Below are positions 1 through 9,600 of a stretch of 64,000 bases of DNA, in pieces. Source of the DNA: a virus (lineage: Duplodnaviria; Heunggongvirae; Uroviricota; Caudoviricetes); IMG/VR virus record IMGVR_UViG_3300001605_000009; one strand, written 5' to 3'. Under the pieces are notes generated by a model, which saw only the letters and a list, made by a program, of their open reading frames with translations, was not told the DNA's origin and ran no database searches. The first letter of the stretch is position 1; every line of letters begins with the position of its first letter. The position numbers and the translations under genes were made by a program.

Positions 1-112
1 GCGCACCAGTCCAGCCATCGTGCTGAAACTTGGCACTGGAGAGAATCTCTTCTCTCCAGGCCTTTAGTGTGTTTAAAGGTACCTCACCCTTGTATTCGTA
101 GTAATCACTCAT
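1..112 (-). CDS. hypothetical protein, N-terminal part only (gene continues beyond the left edge of the window); its ATG overlaps the polymerase stop codon as ATGA
   Basis: The minus-strand ATG at 110-112 is in frame to position 1 and gives MSDYYEYKGEVPLNTLKAWREEILSSAKFQ. It has a start/stop overlap with the upstream gene. Confidence 0.35.
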   Translation of the reverse strand, partial: MSDYYEYKGEVPLNTLKAWREEILSSAKFQHDGWTGA

Positions 113-2400
113 GCCGCCTCCGCATATTGCTTCTCGAACTTGCCGAATGAGTAATCATCCCCAATTTCAAAGTCACAACCAATAGCACATCCTGGGATTG
201 ATAGTCCTCGATCTTTCTTTATGAAGGCTTCAATCTCCTGTACGTAGTGATCTACTTCATCGTCAGGAACCTCAGCCAAGATAGAGTCATGTACTAGAGC
301 GAAGATTCTAGCTTTCATTCCAGTACTCTTGATGTACTGCTGCATTTCTATACCTGCTAGTAGGTTAACATCACTAGCAGGTGACTGAACTAGAAAGTTA
401 ATTCCTGAGCGAACTGCGTGTCCACGCACGGCTCCGTCAGTAGATAGAACGTTAGCAAGTCTACGCTTACGACCAAAGAAGGAATATGTGTATCCATTCT
501 TAGAGATAAACTCCTGGTTCTTATCTAGCCACTCCTTCAAGCCCTTAAACTGCTTGAAGTAGGACTTAATAGCAGCTTTAGCATCATCTACACTAAAGTG
601 ATAGTCCATGTTATTGGCTTTAGCTTCCTTGTTAACAGTCTCGCTGACCTTAGAAGGTCCGCTACCGTATAGGATGCCGAATGTAATAGCCTTGGCAGCC
701 TGACGTAGAAGTGGATATAGAGCTTTAACTTCCTCTACCTTACACTCTAGTCCGAATACCTTCTTTGCCATAGTAGAGTGGAAGTCTCCTCCGCTTTTGA
801 ATACATTCATCAGCTCTCTGTCACCAGACAAAACAGCAACAATGTAAACTTCAGCGGTGGTCAAATCGACTGCGACAATCTTATGGCCTGGAGCAGCTTT
901 GATGGCACCCTTAACAGCACTATTGTCACGAGGAAGCTGCTGCATATTCAGACGACCAGAAGAAGATAACCGCCCACTAGTAGTACCATGAATATTAAAG
1001 TTAGTACGAAGACGACCGTCTCTGTCTAGTTGCGGAATGATCTTATCAAGATAGGTATTCTTGATCTTGCTCTTTTGTCTGATATTCAGAATAAGAGCAG
1101 GAATAGGATGTTGATCCGCTAGCTCCTGCAGCACCTCTGCGTCCGTAGAGTCTAGGCCGGCTCCCGTCTTCTTACCGATAGGCTGTAGGCCAAGATAGTC
1201 AAATAGGAAGCTGCGAAGCTGCATAACACTGTTAGGGTTAAACTGCTTACCTTGAGCTTCCTCAAACTCTTTAACCTTAGGCTCCTTATAAAGCTCTGCT
1301 ACAGACTCGTCGATGCTTTTCTGCATTTCCGCCTGCGCGAACTTTAGCCTGTCTAAGTCGAATGGAACCCCATTATCCTGAATTTCAGACAAAAAGGTTG
1401 ACGCCGGAATAAGGATCTGGTTATATACTCTATCTAGCTTCTTATTCTTAGTAACCGCAGGCTTTAGCTTTAGGTAGATAAGGAATGTTACAATAGAGTC
1501 AATAGCTGCATATGGTTGAATAACTTCGAATGGAATAAGATCAAAGGTAAAGTCTTCTTTAAGACAGCCTGTTCTCTTCCTATACTCCGCAATCCACTCA
1601 TACATAGGCTGCTCATAGTCACCGTAATCGGTATACTGTAATGCTAGCTGCTTCAATCCGTGTGTGCCAGGGTTTTCATCAATACAGTAGTGCAATAGCA
1701 TGGTATCTTCGTACCGTGGGAACGTCCATCCAAAATGGTACGTTAGAAACGGCAAGTCGAACTTAGCGTTATGGAATACTACAATCTTCATACTGAACAG
1801 CGCCTGAAATAGATCAGAGCACTCCTCGTCTATGCAGTCAGAGTCAATGTAGACTCCATGATCCCGTTCGTAACACAAACTGATACCTAATACAGCACCA
1901 TTCCTAGGATATAGAGCTCCACACTCGGAGTCGACTGCAATAAAAGGGTTAGGACTTGCAATAGCATCCTGTAAGAATTTCTTTAACTTCTCAGAATCTC
2001 TAATGCCATAAATTTTATCACTAGTATAAGATACTACCTTTTTAGTTCCGGTAACATATCCAATGATGCTATCCCTAGACTCGTCCCATAGCTTTGCTGA
2101 TTCTGGCTTAAAGGCCACCATAGCAGGATTAATAACTGGTAAGAACTTGTCATCAACAATCTTACCGCTATGGTCAGTAACAGAGGCGTTCTTAGTATAA
2201 AACTTGCAGGCATCAGCACCTACAAGAATAACCCATTCATAGCTATCTGGGTCAAATTCAATATCTACATGCTTCTTTAGAAGCTTCTTAATTGTAGGGT
2301 CTGAGCATAGTGAGTATCTATCGAACTCAAATGCTCCCTTAAAACTCTTGGAAAAGTCTGTTCGGCTAGGTTTAGACTCAATTATAGCTATATTAGCCAT
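109..2400 (-). CDS. DNA polymerase, family A (Pol I-like), with an N-terminal 3'-5' exonuclease domain
   Basis: 763-residue ORF. Pol A motif B (RQAAKAITFGILYGSG) and motif C (LVHDSILAEV) are present, and the N-terminus carries 3'-5' exonuclease-like acidic motifs. Confidence 0.9.
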   Translation of the reverse strand: MANIAIIESKPSRTDFSKSFKGAFEFDRYSLCSDPTIKKLLKKHVDIEFDPDSYEWVILVGADACKFYTKNASVTDHSGKIVDDKFLPVINPAMVAFKPESAKLWDESRDSIIGYVTGTKKVVSYTSDKIYGIRDSEKLKKFLQDAIASPNPFIAVDSECGALYPRNGAVLGISLCYERDHGVYIDSDCIDEECSDLFQALFSMKIVVFHNAKFDLPFLTYHFGWTFPRYEDTMLLHYCIDENPGTHGLKQLALQYTDYGDYEQPMYEWIAEYRKRTGCLKEDFTFDLIPFEVIQPYAAIDSIVTFLIYLKLKPAVTKNKKLDRVYNQILIPASTFLSEIQDNGVPFDLDRLKFAQAEMQKSIDESVAELYKEPKVKEFEEAQGKQFNPNSVMQLRSFLFDYLGLQPIGKKTGAGLDSTDAEVLQELADQHPIPALILNIRQKSKIKNTYLDKIIPQLDRDGRLRTNFNIHGTTSGRLSSSGRLNMQQLPRDNSAVKGAIKAAPGHKIVAVDLTTAEVYIVAVLSGDRELMNVFKSGGDFHSTMAKKVFGLECKVEEVKALYPLLRQAAKAITFGILYGSGPSKVSETVNKEAKANNMDYHFSVDDAKAAIKSYFKQFKGLKEWLDKNQEFISKNGYTYSFFGRKRRLANVLSTDGAVRGHAVRSGINFLVQSPASDVNLLAGIEMQQYIKSTGMKARIFALVHDSILAEVPDDEVDHYVQEIEAFIKKDRGLSIPGCAIGCDFEIGDDYSFGKFEKQYAEAA

Positions 2401-3223
2401 ATAACATCTCCTTTAATTCGATCACTTGTGAGGCTGTCATTTCACCTGGATCATCCACGTCCGGATGATTAATAGCCCTATGGCTTACTTCTCTTTCTTC
2501 TAAAAATTTAATCAGTTTATCTGTACCAAGCTTACCTGCCGCATCATCGTCAAAGAATATGTCAATACAGGATACGCCCTGAATTTTTAGAATATTTAAC
2601 TTTTCTTCGTTCATCTTGTTAACACCAAACGCACAAACAGCATTAGTTAGCCCCTTATCGTGCAGGTTTAACATATCTATTATGCCCTCTACTAGAATGA
2701 TGCTTCCCTGAATTGGTTTAACAATCGGAAAGAACGGCAGAGAGGCTCCAGCTGGGTGGAATAAGTACTTAGGGTCGCCCTGACTTAGGTGTCTACCACA
2801 GAATGATACGATCTTACCAGATATACTATATACGGGGAAGACTACTCTACCAATAAATTCTGGATTGTTATGCTGAAAGGCACCAAATTTTAGTAGAGTC
2901 TTAGCAGAAATCCCTCTCCAGTCCCTATCAAAGGGTACCGCAGTCTCAGGAACTCTGTAGCCCGTAGATTCCTTAAGCTTCTCGTCTATAAGACTAGTAA
3001 GCTTTTTGCGACGTATCTGTAGCCAGTCGGCTTTTTCTCCGAAGTGCTCAAATATGCTGCCTTTATACCCACAAGAGAGACAGTTAAATATGCCAGTAAC
3101 TTTATCTACTCTAAGGCTTGGGTTTCGGTCTTCATGGTCAGGGCTTAGACACCTTATTAGGTAGTCACCGCCACGTGGCTGAAAATCAATTCCTTTTGAC
3201 CTTAAAACGTCGTCAACTAGCAT
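2393..3223 (-). CDS. DNA primase (DnaG-like zinc-binding domain plus TOPRIM)
   Basis: A Cys/His zinc ribbon (CLSPDHEDRNPSLRVD...CLSCGYKG) is followed by TOPRIM acidic motifs (ILVEGIIDMLNL and FFDDDAAGKLG). Confidence 0.8.
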   Translation of the reverse strand: MLVDDVLRSKGIDFQPRGGDYLIRCLSPDHEDRNPSLRVDKVTGIFNCLSCGYKGSIFEHFGEKADWLQIRRKKLTSLIDEKLKESTGYRVPETAVPFDRDWRGISAKTLLKFGAFQHNNPEFIGRVVFPVYSISGKIVSFCGRHLSQGDPKYLFHPAGASLPFFPIVKPIQGSIILVEGIIDMLNLHDKGLTNAVCAFGVNKMNEEKLNILKIQGVSCIDIFFDDDAAGKLGTDKLIKFLEEREVSHRAINHPDVDDPGEMTASQVIELKEMLYG

Positions 3224-3226
3224 ATC

Positions 3227-4621
3227 TTACTGCTCCCAAGGTAGATCGTCGTAGATACCATCCATTATAGGCTTAGAATCTTCGTCATCGTCTTTTTTCT
3301 TTTTCCCAAAGCTCTTTCTTGCCGGAGCCTCTCCATCTATAACTACTTCTTGTCCATTTTCAGGACCAATACGAAGTGTCTCCCAATACGCTTTAGAGGT
3401 AAAATTAATCTTAGCGTCTCCACGTATTTTTGTACATGTAAACTGAATAGAGTCTGGACCTGCTTCTAGTGTAAACGCCGCGTCAGCAGAGTCTAGAATA
3501 CCTTTAGCAAATCTAGCTTCACCACTAGCATCAATCTGATATGGTGAGAAGAAGGGTACGTTTAGCTCTCCAGCCATAGTCTTTAACGCAGTACTTACTA
3601 CGATTTGATCCTTCCAGTCAAACTTGTCTTCCGATGAGTTTGTCCTTTTGATCTGATTAACGTAGTCTACAATAACTAGGCCGACATTTCCTAGCTTTCT
3701 TATGCGCTTGATTATCTCAGCTTTTAACTTTGGTAGCGTTAGAACTGGATCATAGATAATATCAATCTGTACGGGCTTTAGGGGCTCTTTCTGGATTGCA
3801 GCATGAAACTTATCAAAGTCTCGATGTTTCTTGTATACTTCTAGGTGTGTGTCACCGTTTTCGTAGCGATCAGCCCACCAAGTAGCTACCTTCATCCATT
3901 CCAGATTATCTAGCGTTCTATACTTGATTTTAGAGTGCGGGACACCTGAACCAATAGAACACTGTCTCTGCAGAACTTCTCTAGTAGGCATTTCGATAGT
4001 GAAGAAGAGAACTGATTTACCTCTCTTGTACACCGTGTCTGCAAGATTAGAACAAGTAATAGACTTACCCGAACCTCTCTTACCTCCCATCAGAATATAA
4101 TCTGTACTCTTAAAGCGAACCTTCTTATCAAAGTCGTCATTCAATCCAAGAGGGATATAGTCTGCAATCTCGTCTTCTGACTCAAAAAGATTTATCTTCT
4201 GAAGATTATCCTCAGTAGTTCTAAGTTCAACCTTGTCCTCAATCCTAGATATAATATCATAGAGTGAGTCTAGCGTCTCCTCTGCTGTCTCGAAAGAGAT
4301 AGAGTCTTGAACGTACTTATGTAGTTGAAATAGTGTTTCTTTTTGAGTAAATTCGTTTTTTAAGTAGTCCAGCAATAGGAATGGCTCTGCCTCTACTTCT
4401 ACGGCTTCAATAGCGTAGATTTTGTCTAGAGTAGGCCCGTCCCTTGTAGCCAGCTTAAGTTCTTCAATCGTTGGTAGCTTGTGGTATGAGTCGATTTGCT
4501 TATCAACAATGTCATAAACTACATGATACTCGCTAGGCAAATAATGCCGTCTTAAGCTGGACCAGGTGTCAAAGTCTTCCTCTTCAAGGATTCGTTTGAA
4601 CAAAGCACTAGCAAGATTCAT
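3227..4621 (-). CDS. replicative DNA helicase (DnaB-like, RecA fold)
   Basis: Walker A motif GGKRGSGKSITCSNLA, Walker B motif LVIVDYV, and a DnaB-like N-terminal domain. The gene lies between the primase and ligase genes. Confidence 0.85.
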   Translation of the reverse strand: MNLASALFKRILEEEDFDTWSSLRRHYLPSEYHVVYDIVDKQIDSYHKLPTIEELKLATRDGPTLDKIYAIEAVEVEAEPFLLLDYLKNEFTQKETLFQLHKYVQDSISFETAEETLDSLYDIISRIEDKVELRTTEDNLQKINLFESEDEIADYIPLGLNDDFDKKVRFKSTDYILMGGKRGSGKSITCSNLADTVYKRGKSVLFFTIEMPTREVLQRQCSIGSGVPHSKIKYRTLDNLEWMKVATWWADRYENGDTHLEVYKKHRDFDKFHAAIQKEPLKPVQIDIIYDPVLTLPKLKAEIIKRIRKLGNVGLVIVDYVNQIKRTNSSEDKFDWKDQIVVSTALKTMAGELNVPFFSPYQIDASGEARFAKGILDSADAAFTLEAGPDSIQFTCTKIRGDAKINFTSKAYWETLRIGPENGQEVVIDGEAPARKSFGKKKKDDDEDSKPIMDGIYDDLPWEQ

Positions 4622-4696
4622 GAAAGTAATCTCCTATAAACAAGTTTAGCCGGAGCAGTACTTAAACTGCTCCGGCTTTCACTTTAAAGAGAAAAC

Positions 4697-5416
4697 TTAA
4701 GCAGCCTTCTCAGCCTTAGCAGCCTTAGCTGCACCATCATAGTCTGAGGCCGTTAGTGCACGACGTGTAAGCATTGTCTTAACACCGCGCTCGGTCTTAT
4801 TGATTGCTTCAGCAATCTGCGCAACAGTTAGTGATGGAACATCAATATCAGCTAGTGGATCAGCTGCTGGACCCTTAAGGTCACGCTGCTTTGGCATCGC
4901 ATCAATTTCACCAGCGCGTTGTAGGCTAAGAGCCTTACCGCGTACTGACTGAATTGACTTACCAACTGCTTCAGCAATATCCTCAACAAAGTTGCCCGCC
5001 TTAATCATCTTAAGTACCTGAGCTTCTTCATCCTGTGAGTAGGTCTTTACAGACTCTACCTTCGCTGCTTCCTTGACATGTCCAGTTAGTTCCATTGAGA
5101 GGATCTTACCCTGAATAGCCTTTGGAGTATAGTCACCTGGGAACTTGTCCGCGATTTCTACATATGTGAACTCGCCGGTATTCTGCGTTACAAAGTGGCG
5201 AAGTTCCTCGGTTACTTCATCAGAGAAGGCACGTGGAGCGGCTGAAGCTAGTTCAACATCATATCCTAGCTTACGTAGCTTTGAGGAAATTGAACGTGTG
5301 CTTGTTTCTAGATCTTCTGCAACAGTCGCAACAGTTGCACGGCTTACCGGACGTTCGTCACCTACGAGGTTAACTAGTTGTGCGGTACGATCTTCGGTCC
5401 ATTTAGGTGTAGTCAT
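4697..5416 (-). CDS. multi-repeat helix-turn-helix protein carrying four copies of the IAExLGKSxRSV/I motif
   Basis: The protein contains repeats such as VAEDLETSTRSISSKLRKLG, IAEAVGKSIQSVRGKALSL and IAEAINKTERGVKTML. The same motif defines a paralog family found across the window. Confidence 0.5.
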   Translation of the reverse strand: MTTPKWTEDRTAQLVNLVGDERPVSRATVATVAEDLETSTRSISSKLRKLGYDVELASAAPRAFSDEVTEELRHFVTQNTGEFTYVEIADKFPGDYTPKAIQGKILSMELTGHVKEAAKVESVKTYSQDEEAQVLKMIKAGNFVEDIAEAVGKSIQSVRGKALSLQRAGEIDAMPKQRDLKGPAADPLADIDVPSLTVAQIAEAINKTERGVKTMLTRRALTASDYDGAAKAAKAEKAA

Positions 5417-5419
5417 AAT

Positions 5420-6172
5420 TTAATTATTCTCCAATATAAAAGTTTTAAGGTCGTCTATGACCAATACGCCAGATTCTCTGGCTTTTTGAGTTTTAGTGGT
5501 TTCTTTACCACTTTCGTTTACTAGAATAGTCACGTCCTTAGTAATAGTGGACTTAACTAAATATCCCAGTTTTTCTAGTTCGACTTGGGCTTCTGCCTTA
5601 GTCTTAAAGCTAACTAGCTTACCTGTAATACAGACTGTACCTTTTGTTGCCTGTTTAGCAATCTTGGTAGTTTCAAAGCTAAGATTATGTGGTAGAAATA
5701 AATACCAATCATTTTCACTTAACCAGCTTATAAGGTTGTCTGTCGCTTTTGGACCTAATCCTGCTTCTGAACAGCTACTGACTGTTATAGACTCAATATC
5801 AGAACATACCTTAGATAACTTATCTGTGGCTGTTTTACCAATAAGCGGTATTCCCAGAGCAGGTAGCACATCATTAAGTCTTTTAGATTTAGATTGCTCA
5901 ATCTCGTCTAATAGCTTAGTTGCCATCTTTTCTGAGTTTAACCCTTCGGATATTTCCAATAGAGTTAATTCGTAAATGTCTAGCGGACTAGACAACTGTA
6001 GTTTTTCCACTGCTGCGGGACCCAAGCCTTTAATCTTAAGTGTAGTAGCGAAGTGTTCTACTTGTTTCTTGTTAACTGATCCGCAATCAGAACTGCGGCA
6101 GTAAAGAATATCATTAACGAGAACTAGAGAGCTGTTGCATGATGGACAATTAGTTGGAATGTTTATTTGCAT
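5420..6172 (-). CDS. NAD-dependent DNA ligase, C-terminal portion (zinc finger, helix-hairpin-helix and BRCT domains); a separate ORF from the adenylation domain
   Basis: Cys4 finger CPSCNSSLVLV...YCRSSDC, helix-hairpin-helix region, and a C-terminal BRCT-like segment (GKLVSFKTKAEAQVELEKLGYLV). The -35/-10 promoter and ribosome-binding site lie immediately upstream. Confidence 0.8.
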   Translation of the reverse strand: MQINIPTNCPSCNSSLVLVNDILYCRSSDCGSVNKKQVEHFATTLKIKGLGPAAVEKLQLSSPLDIYELTLLEISEGLNSEKMATKLLDEIEQSKSKRLNDVLPALGIPLIGKTATDKLSKVCSDIESITVSSCSEAGLGPKATDNLISWLSENDWYLFLPHNLSFETTKIAKQATKGTVCITGKLVSFKTKAEAQVELEKLGYLVKSTITKDVTILVNESGKETTKTQKARESGVLVIDDLKTFILENN

Positions 6173-6198
6173 ATTATCTCTCTGCTCTTGATAAAGCC

Positions 6199-6240
6199 AT
6201 TATATCTAAACTTAGGGTCAAAGTCAAGAAGTATTTTTAA
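6199..6240 (-). promoter_or_regulatory. sigma70-type promoter with TTGACT, a 17-nt spacer and TATAAT, upstream of the ligase C-terminal gene
   Basis: The reverse complement of the -35 hexamer is at 6222-6227 and of the -10 hexamer at 6199-6204. A-rich UP-like sequence lies upstream on the minus strand. Confidence 0.6.
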
Positions 6241-6968
6241 CCTAGGTGGCCAGGCACGCTTCTAATTATTTCATCATCTAAGTCGAAAAGCTCTGTGTGT
6301 CCGGGAAACTTTTTTGAAGAGAAGTGTCTTTTATTTGCCCATAATTTGTGTAATGACTGCTCTAAGTTAAATACTTCCTCTAAGGATCCCTTAACTATTT
6401 TCAGTAGTCTATACTCATACCCTTTGAATCCGTTAGCTCGCCTCTTTACATCCTTAAAGTTAGTACCCTTGGTTATACCTATCTTTAAGCACTCTCGTAC
6501 GTTTGTCTCCTTGTTTACTAAAACCACTAAATATAGTATACCTGGAGACTTTGCTATTTCTGGATTCCTACTGAAAAAGGTAGGATTATACTTACCAACT
6601 CTATTGCAGTCAGGACACCCGGATCCGCTCAAAACGTTATTAGGTATAGCTTTCCACTTATGGCCTGCTTTACATTCATGTAGTATAGGAGTTTTAGCTC
6701 CTTTATAGGAGTCTAGTACCTTTATATTAAGCTCTTTAGATAGTAGCTCCTCCGTGTACATTACTGTAGTTTTCTGTAATTTATTACTACAGACGGGGCA
6801 ACCACTACCTCCCAATATACTACTGGGACTAACTGGCCACCTATGCCCGTGAAGACACTCATGGAGTATAGGTGTTTTATTGGTAAGGTATTCTTCTACT
6901 GGCCAGTAGTCTATTTCTTTTCTAAATAGCTCCTCTTCATACTGAGCATGAGTCTTCTTACTAGCCAT
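6237..6968 (-). CDS. GIY-YIG family homing endonuclease with two N-terminal Cys/His zinc-binding repeats, inserted between the two ligase parts
   Basis: Duplicated HECxxGHxW...GSGCPxC motifs are followed by GILYLV...KIGITKG (GIY-YIG). The ORF at 28329..29006 is a paralog. Confidence 0.7.
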   Translation of the reverse strand: MASKKTHAQYEEELFRKEIDYWPVEEYLTNKTPILHECLHGHRWPVSPSSILGGSGCPVCSNKLQKTTVMYTEELLSKELNIKVLDSYKGAKTPILHECKAGHKWKAIPNNVLSGSGCPDCNRVGKYNPTFFSRNPEIAKSPGILYLVVLVNKETNVRECLKIGITKGTNFKDVKRRANGFKGYEYRLLKIVKGSLEEVFNLEQSLHKLWANKRHFSSKKFPGHTELFDLDDEIIRSVPGHLG

Positions 6969-7209
6969 GTAATAGGCGTTGAATCACGTTTAGTGGCTTA
7001 ACTCCAGTAAAACGCTCTACCTCAGTACCTTCAGCACTTAGAACAATAGTAGTTGGCACAGCACGTACCTCATACTTCTTAGTCAGTTCGTCATGAATAT
7101 CAATATCATACCTAATAACCCTAGTAGGGTCTAAGCCCTCTAGTGTCTTCTTATATGTTTGGCACGGCCCACACCAGGTGGCCGAAAATACCAGCAATGT
7201 ATTACTCAT
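6961..7209 (-). CDS. thioredoxin
   Basis: WCGPC active-site motif in an 82-residue protein. Confidence 0.85.
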   Translation of the reverse strand: MSNTLLVFSATWCGPCQTYKKTLEGLDPTRVIRYDIDIHDELTKKYEVRAVPTTIVLSAEGTEVERFTGVKPLNVIQRLLHG

Positions 7210-8152
7210 AGATTCTCCTTAGTACTCGCGGGATAATCTCACCCGCACGAACTACTTCAACAAGACACCCAATTTCTAGGTCTAGGTCTTGGATGTACTT
7301 CATATTATGCAGTGTAGCTCTAGATACCGTAGCTTCACCGATTACTACAGGCTCTAGAAGCGCGACAGGGCTGACAACACCAGAACGTCCTACTTGCCAA
7401 TCAACACCCAGTAGTTTAGTTAATACTCCACCCTTACGCTCTTTGAGAGCAAAGGCACCACGTGGGTGCTTTGACGTGTACCCAGCTTCATAAAACTTCT
7501 CGTAGTCGTCAATACGAAACACTGTACCATCTTGTGGAAACTCATCAAGAAAGTGTGGGTCAGAAGAAAATACTGTATGAAATCCGTAGCAAGAAGCTAG
7601 CTTTTCCATATCCTCTGACCACGTATCATAAACATGTGGTGTAATACCATACGCAATAAACTGTAGCTCACGAGTCTTAAACTCTTCAACTGACTTTAGG
7701 CTTAAAGCACCGGCAGAATAGTTACGAGCGTTGTCAATAGTCTTTGGAGCCACAACCTCACCAGTAATCTGAGTTACTAGCTCATCCATTGAGCTGAACG
7801 GTATTTCCTGAGGGATAAGAGTACGCATATTAGCAGTAATGTCAAGACCTTCCTTGCCATCACCTCGTGTTAGCGATAGGAAGTGCTTACCCTTACAGTA
7901 GTAGTTACCTACAGCTGCTCCATCTAGCTTACGCGTAGTAGCTACTGCACCGCCTAGACTGATTAAAGGTTCATCATCATAGCATTTCTGCAGGCTCCAC
8001 ATAGGAAAAGCGTGAGCAATCCGATCACCTGTGATCGAAGCACCCACGCTTTCATAGCCATGATACTCCGCTAGTTTATCAAATTCTTCGTCGCTGATGA
8101 TTGGATCACCCGCGTAGTATTTAGAACTTGCATAATCTAGAAAAGCTTTCAT
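7202..8152 (-). CDS. NAD-dependent DNA ligase, N-terminal portion (Ia, adenylation and OB domains)
   Basis: The N-terminus YYAGDPIISDEEFDKL matches the LigA Ia domain. The adenylation motif KLDGAAV (KxDG) and an OB-fold segment (GRSGVVSPVALLEPV) are present. Confidence 0.85.
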   Translation of the reverse strand: MKAFLDYASSKYYAGDPIISDEEFDKLAEYHGYESVGASITGDRIAHAFPMWSLQKCYDDEPLISLGGAVATTRKLDGAAVGNYYCKGKHFLSLTRGDGKEGLDITANMRTLIPQEIPFSSMDELVTQITGEVVAPKTIDNARNYSAGALSLKSVEEFKTRELQFIAYGITPHVYDTWSEDMEKLASCYGFHTVFSSDPHFLDEFPQDGTVFRIDDYEKFYEAGYTSKHPRGAFALKERKGGVLTKLLGVDWQVGRSGVVSPVALLEPVVIGEATVSRATLHNMKYIQDLDLEIGCLVEVVRAGEIIPRVLRRIYE

Positions 8153-8475
8153 TGATAAATGTCCTGTAATAGTTCGCTAAAATTAGATATTATCACATCT
8201 TTAGACTCAGCTAAAGACAAGATTTCAACCAACCCAGTGAATAACTCCTTAGAGTTGTTTAAATCTAAAGGCATAGCTACCCCATCTTTAGTGGGGAGCC
8301 ATTCTTCAGAAAAATCCAAGTAGTACTTACGAAGGTGCATATACTCTACACCCCTAAATCTATTGATTGTAAGTCTTACTTGGAAGTCTTCTGTACAGTG
8401 TATTACGCGAGAGTAAATTTCCTCGTCATCGTCCATTATCCCTTCCCTTGAGCGAGACAGATAATGGAACAACAC
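8149..8475 (-). CDS. hypothetical protein
   Basis: ORF only; it overlaps its neighbours by a few nucleotides. Confidence 0.35.
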   Translation of the reverse strand: MLFHYLSRSREGIMDDDEEIYSRVIHCTEDFQVRLTINRFRGVEYMHLRKYYLDFSEEWLPTKDGVAMPLDLNNSKELFTGLVEILSLAESKDVIISNFSELLQDIYQ

Positions 8476-8701
8476 TGGTTACGCTACTAGGTCTAATAAG
8501 CCTATAGGAGTCTGCATCCCAGCAGAATAGCAACACGGTGTCTTCGGTTTCTCTCGCTCTATTTGATTTGGTCTTTACATAATCCGTAGTAAAGTCTAGA
8601 GTACATACATTATACTTTAGTTTCTTAGACTCTAGGCTTCTGTATGTAATGGTGGCGTCGCCGTAATCTTTTACAGCATCAATTAGTTCATCTTTTGTCA
8701 T
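8426..8701 (-). CDS. hypothetical protein
   Basis: ORF only. Confidence 0.3.
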   Translation of the reverse strand: MTKDELIDAVKDYGDATITYRSLESKKLKYNVCTLDFTTDYVKTKSNRARETEDTVLLFCWDADSYRLIRPSSVTSVVPLSVSLKGRDNGR

Positions 8702-8770
8702 ATTTATCCCGTCAGCAGGTTGGCATACTCGCGGACGCGAGTACCCGCAGTTAAGCGGGTACTTTATGGA

Positions 8771-9136
8771 TTAAGCAAAGAGGCCTGCGAAGTAGATAGC
8801 AGCCTTGCCAGTCAACTTAGAAATAATATCTGAGTCTACTGTTTTACCAGCAGCTTCGATAGCTGCTACTAGTTGTGCTTGTGCGTCTTCCTTACTAACT
8901 CGTGTAGAAGCTGCCTTAGTTGTCTTTGTTGTCTTTGACTGACCACCTGAAGATGGAGCCGCTGGATCCTTCTTAACGTATACGCCAGCCTTGCTGAGAA
9001 TCATACGAACGCCATTAACGCTCTCTTCCATATCTTCAGCAATTTCTGCTACAATATCCATTGAATTTTCTGGCGTTGGCTCAGCCTTTTCATACATAGA
9101 AATAGCTTGTGCCTTACGTTCATCTGTCCATGCCAT
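8771..9136 (-). CDS. small helix-turn-helix protein, member of the window-wide paralog family
   Basis: The motif IAEDMEESVNGVRMILSKAGVY is shared with the ORFs at 36761, 57769, 60752 and 4697. A consensus promoter and a ribosome-binding site lie upstream. Confidence 0.55.
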   Translation of the reverse strand: MAWTDERKAQAISMYEKAEPTPENSMDIVAEIAEDMEESVNGVRMILSKAGVYVKKDPAAPSSGGQSKTTKTTKAASTRVSKEDAQAQLVAAIEAAGKTVDSDIISKLTGKAAIYFAGLFA

Positions 9137-9166
9137 ATTGTGTATTCTCCTTATTGTTGAAACTTC

Positions 9167-9210
9167 ATTATATTAAAATAAAAGCCTAAAGTCAAGAACT
9201 ATTTTGACTT
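9167..9210 (-). promoter_or_regulatory. sigma70 promoter with TTGACT, a 17-nt spacer and TATAAT, carrying the conserved AAAATAGTTCTTGACT upstream motif
   Basis: The minus strand reads aaaatagttcTTGACTttaggcttttattttaaTATAAT. This motif recurs upstream of many minus-strand genes. Confidence 0.65.
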
Positions 9211-9215
9211 TAGGC

Positions 9216-9292
9216 TGGCGAGGGTGCTCGGATTCGAACCGAGATTTGTGGGGTTGGAGTCCACCGTGTTAAACCATTGTCACTACACCGAC
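9216..9292 (-). tRNA. tRNA-like gene, possibly Trp (CCA anticodon), with two acceptor-stem mismatches
   Basis: It has a T-arm (CTCGG-TTCGAAT-CCGAG), an anticodon stem-loop with CCA at positions 34-36, and a 3' CCA end. The 5' acceptor strand GTCGGTG pairs imperfectly with the 3' strand CACCCTC. Confidence 0.4.
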
Positions 9293-9295
9293 GTA

Positions 9296-9508
9296 TTAGT
9301 TGTAGAGGTCTCGTGCATCAGCTTCATTATTGAATACTGCGCAACCACAATACCTCATAGTGTGCCTACGGAAATGCTTATCAAAATAAGCATTATGACT
9401 TGCTAGGTCTTCGCAAGCCTCTTTCAAAGTTTCACCCTTACCGTAGCCCAGGTGACAGGCTGTGTAGTCTCGGCGTGGGTCGCCCTCACACCAGATTTCC
9501 ATTAACAT
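9296..9508 (-). CDS. hypothetical Cys-rich small protein
   Basis: ORF only. Confidence 0.3.
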   Translation of the reverse strand: MLMEIWCEGDPRRDYTACHLGYGKGETLKEACEDLASHNAYFDKHFRRHTMRYCGCAVFNNEADARDLYN

Positions 9509-9600
9509 GCTACTCTCCTTAGATAAACAGAATAGCGTAAAATAGAATGGAAGTCAAGGATAGAATTAAGTCTAGCCCTATACGAGTTACAATAATTTCT

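Noticed and set aside
5145-6708. Plus-strand ORFs (5145-5423, 5496-5975 and 6295-6708) overlapping the HTH, ligase and homing-endonuclease genes
   Set aside because: They are antisense to well-supported genes, and their translations lack any domain signal.
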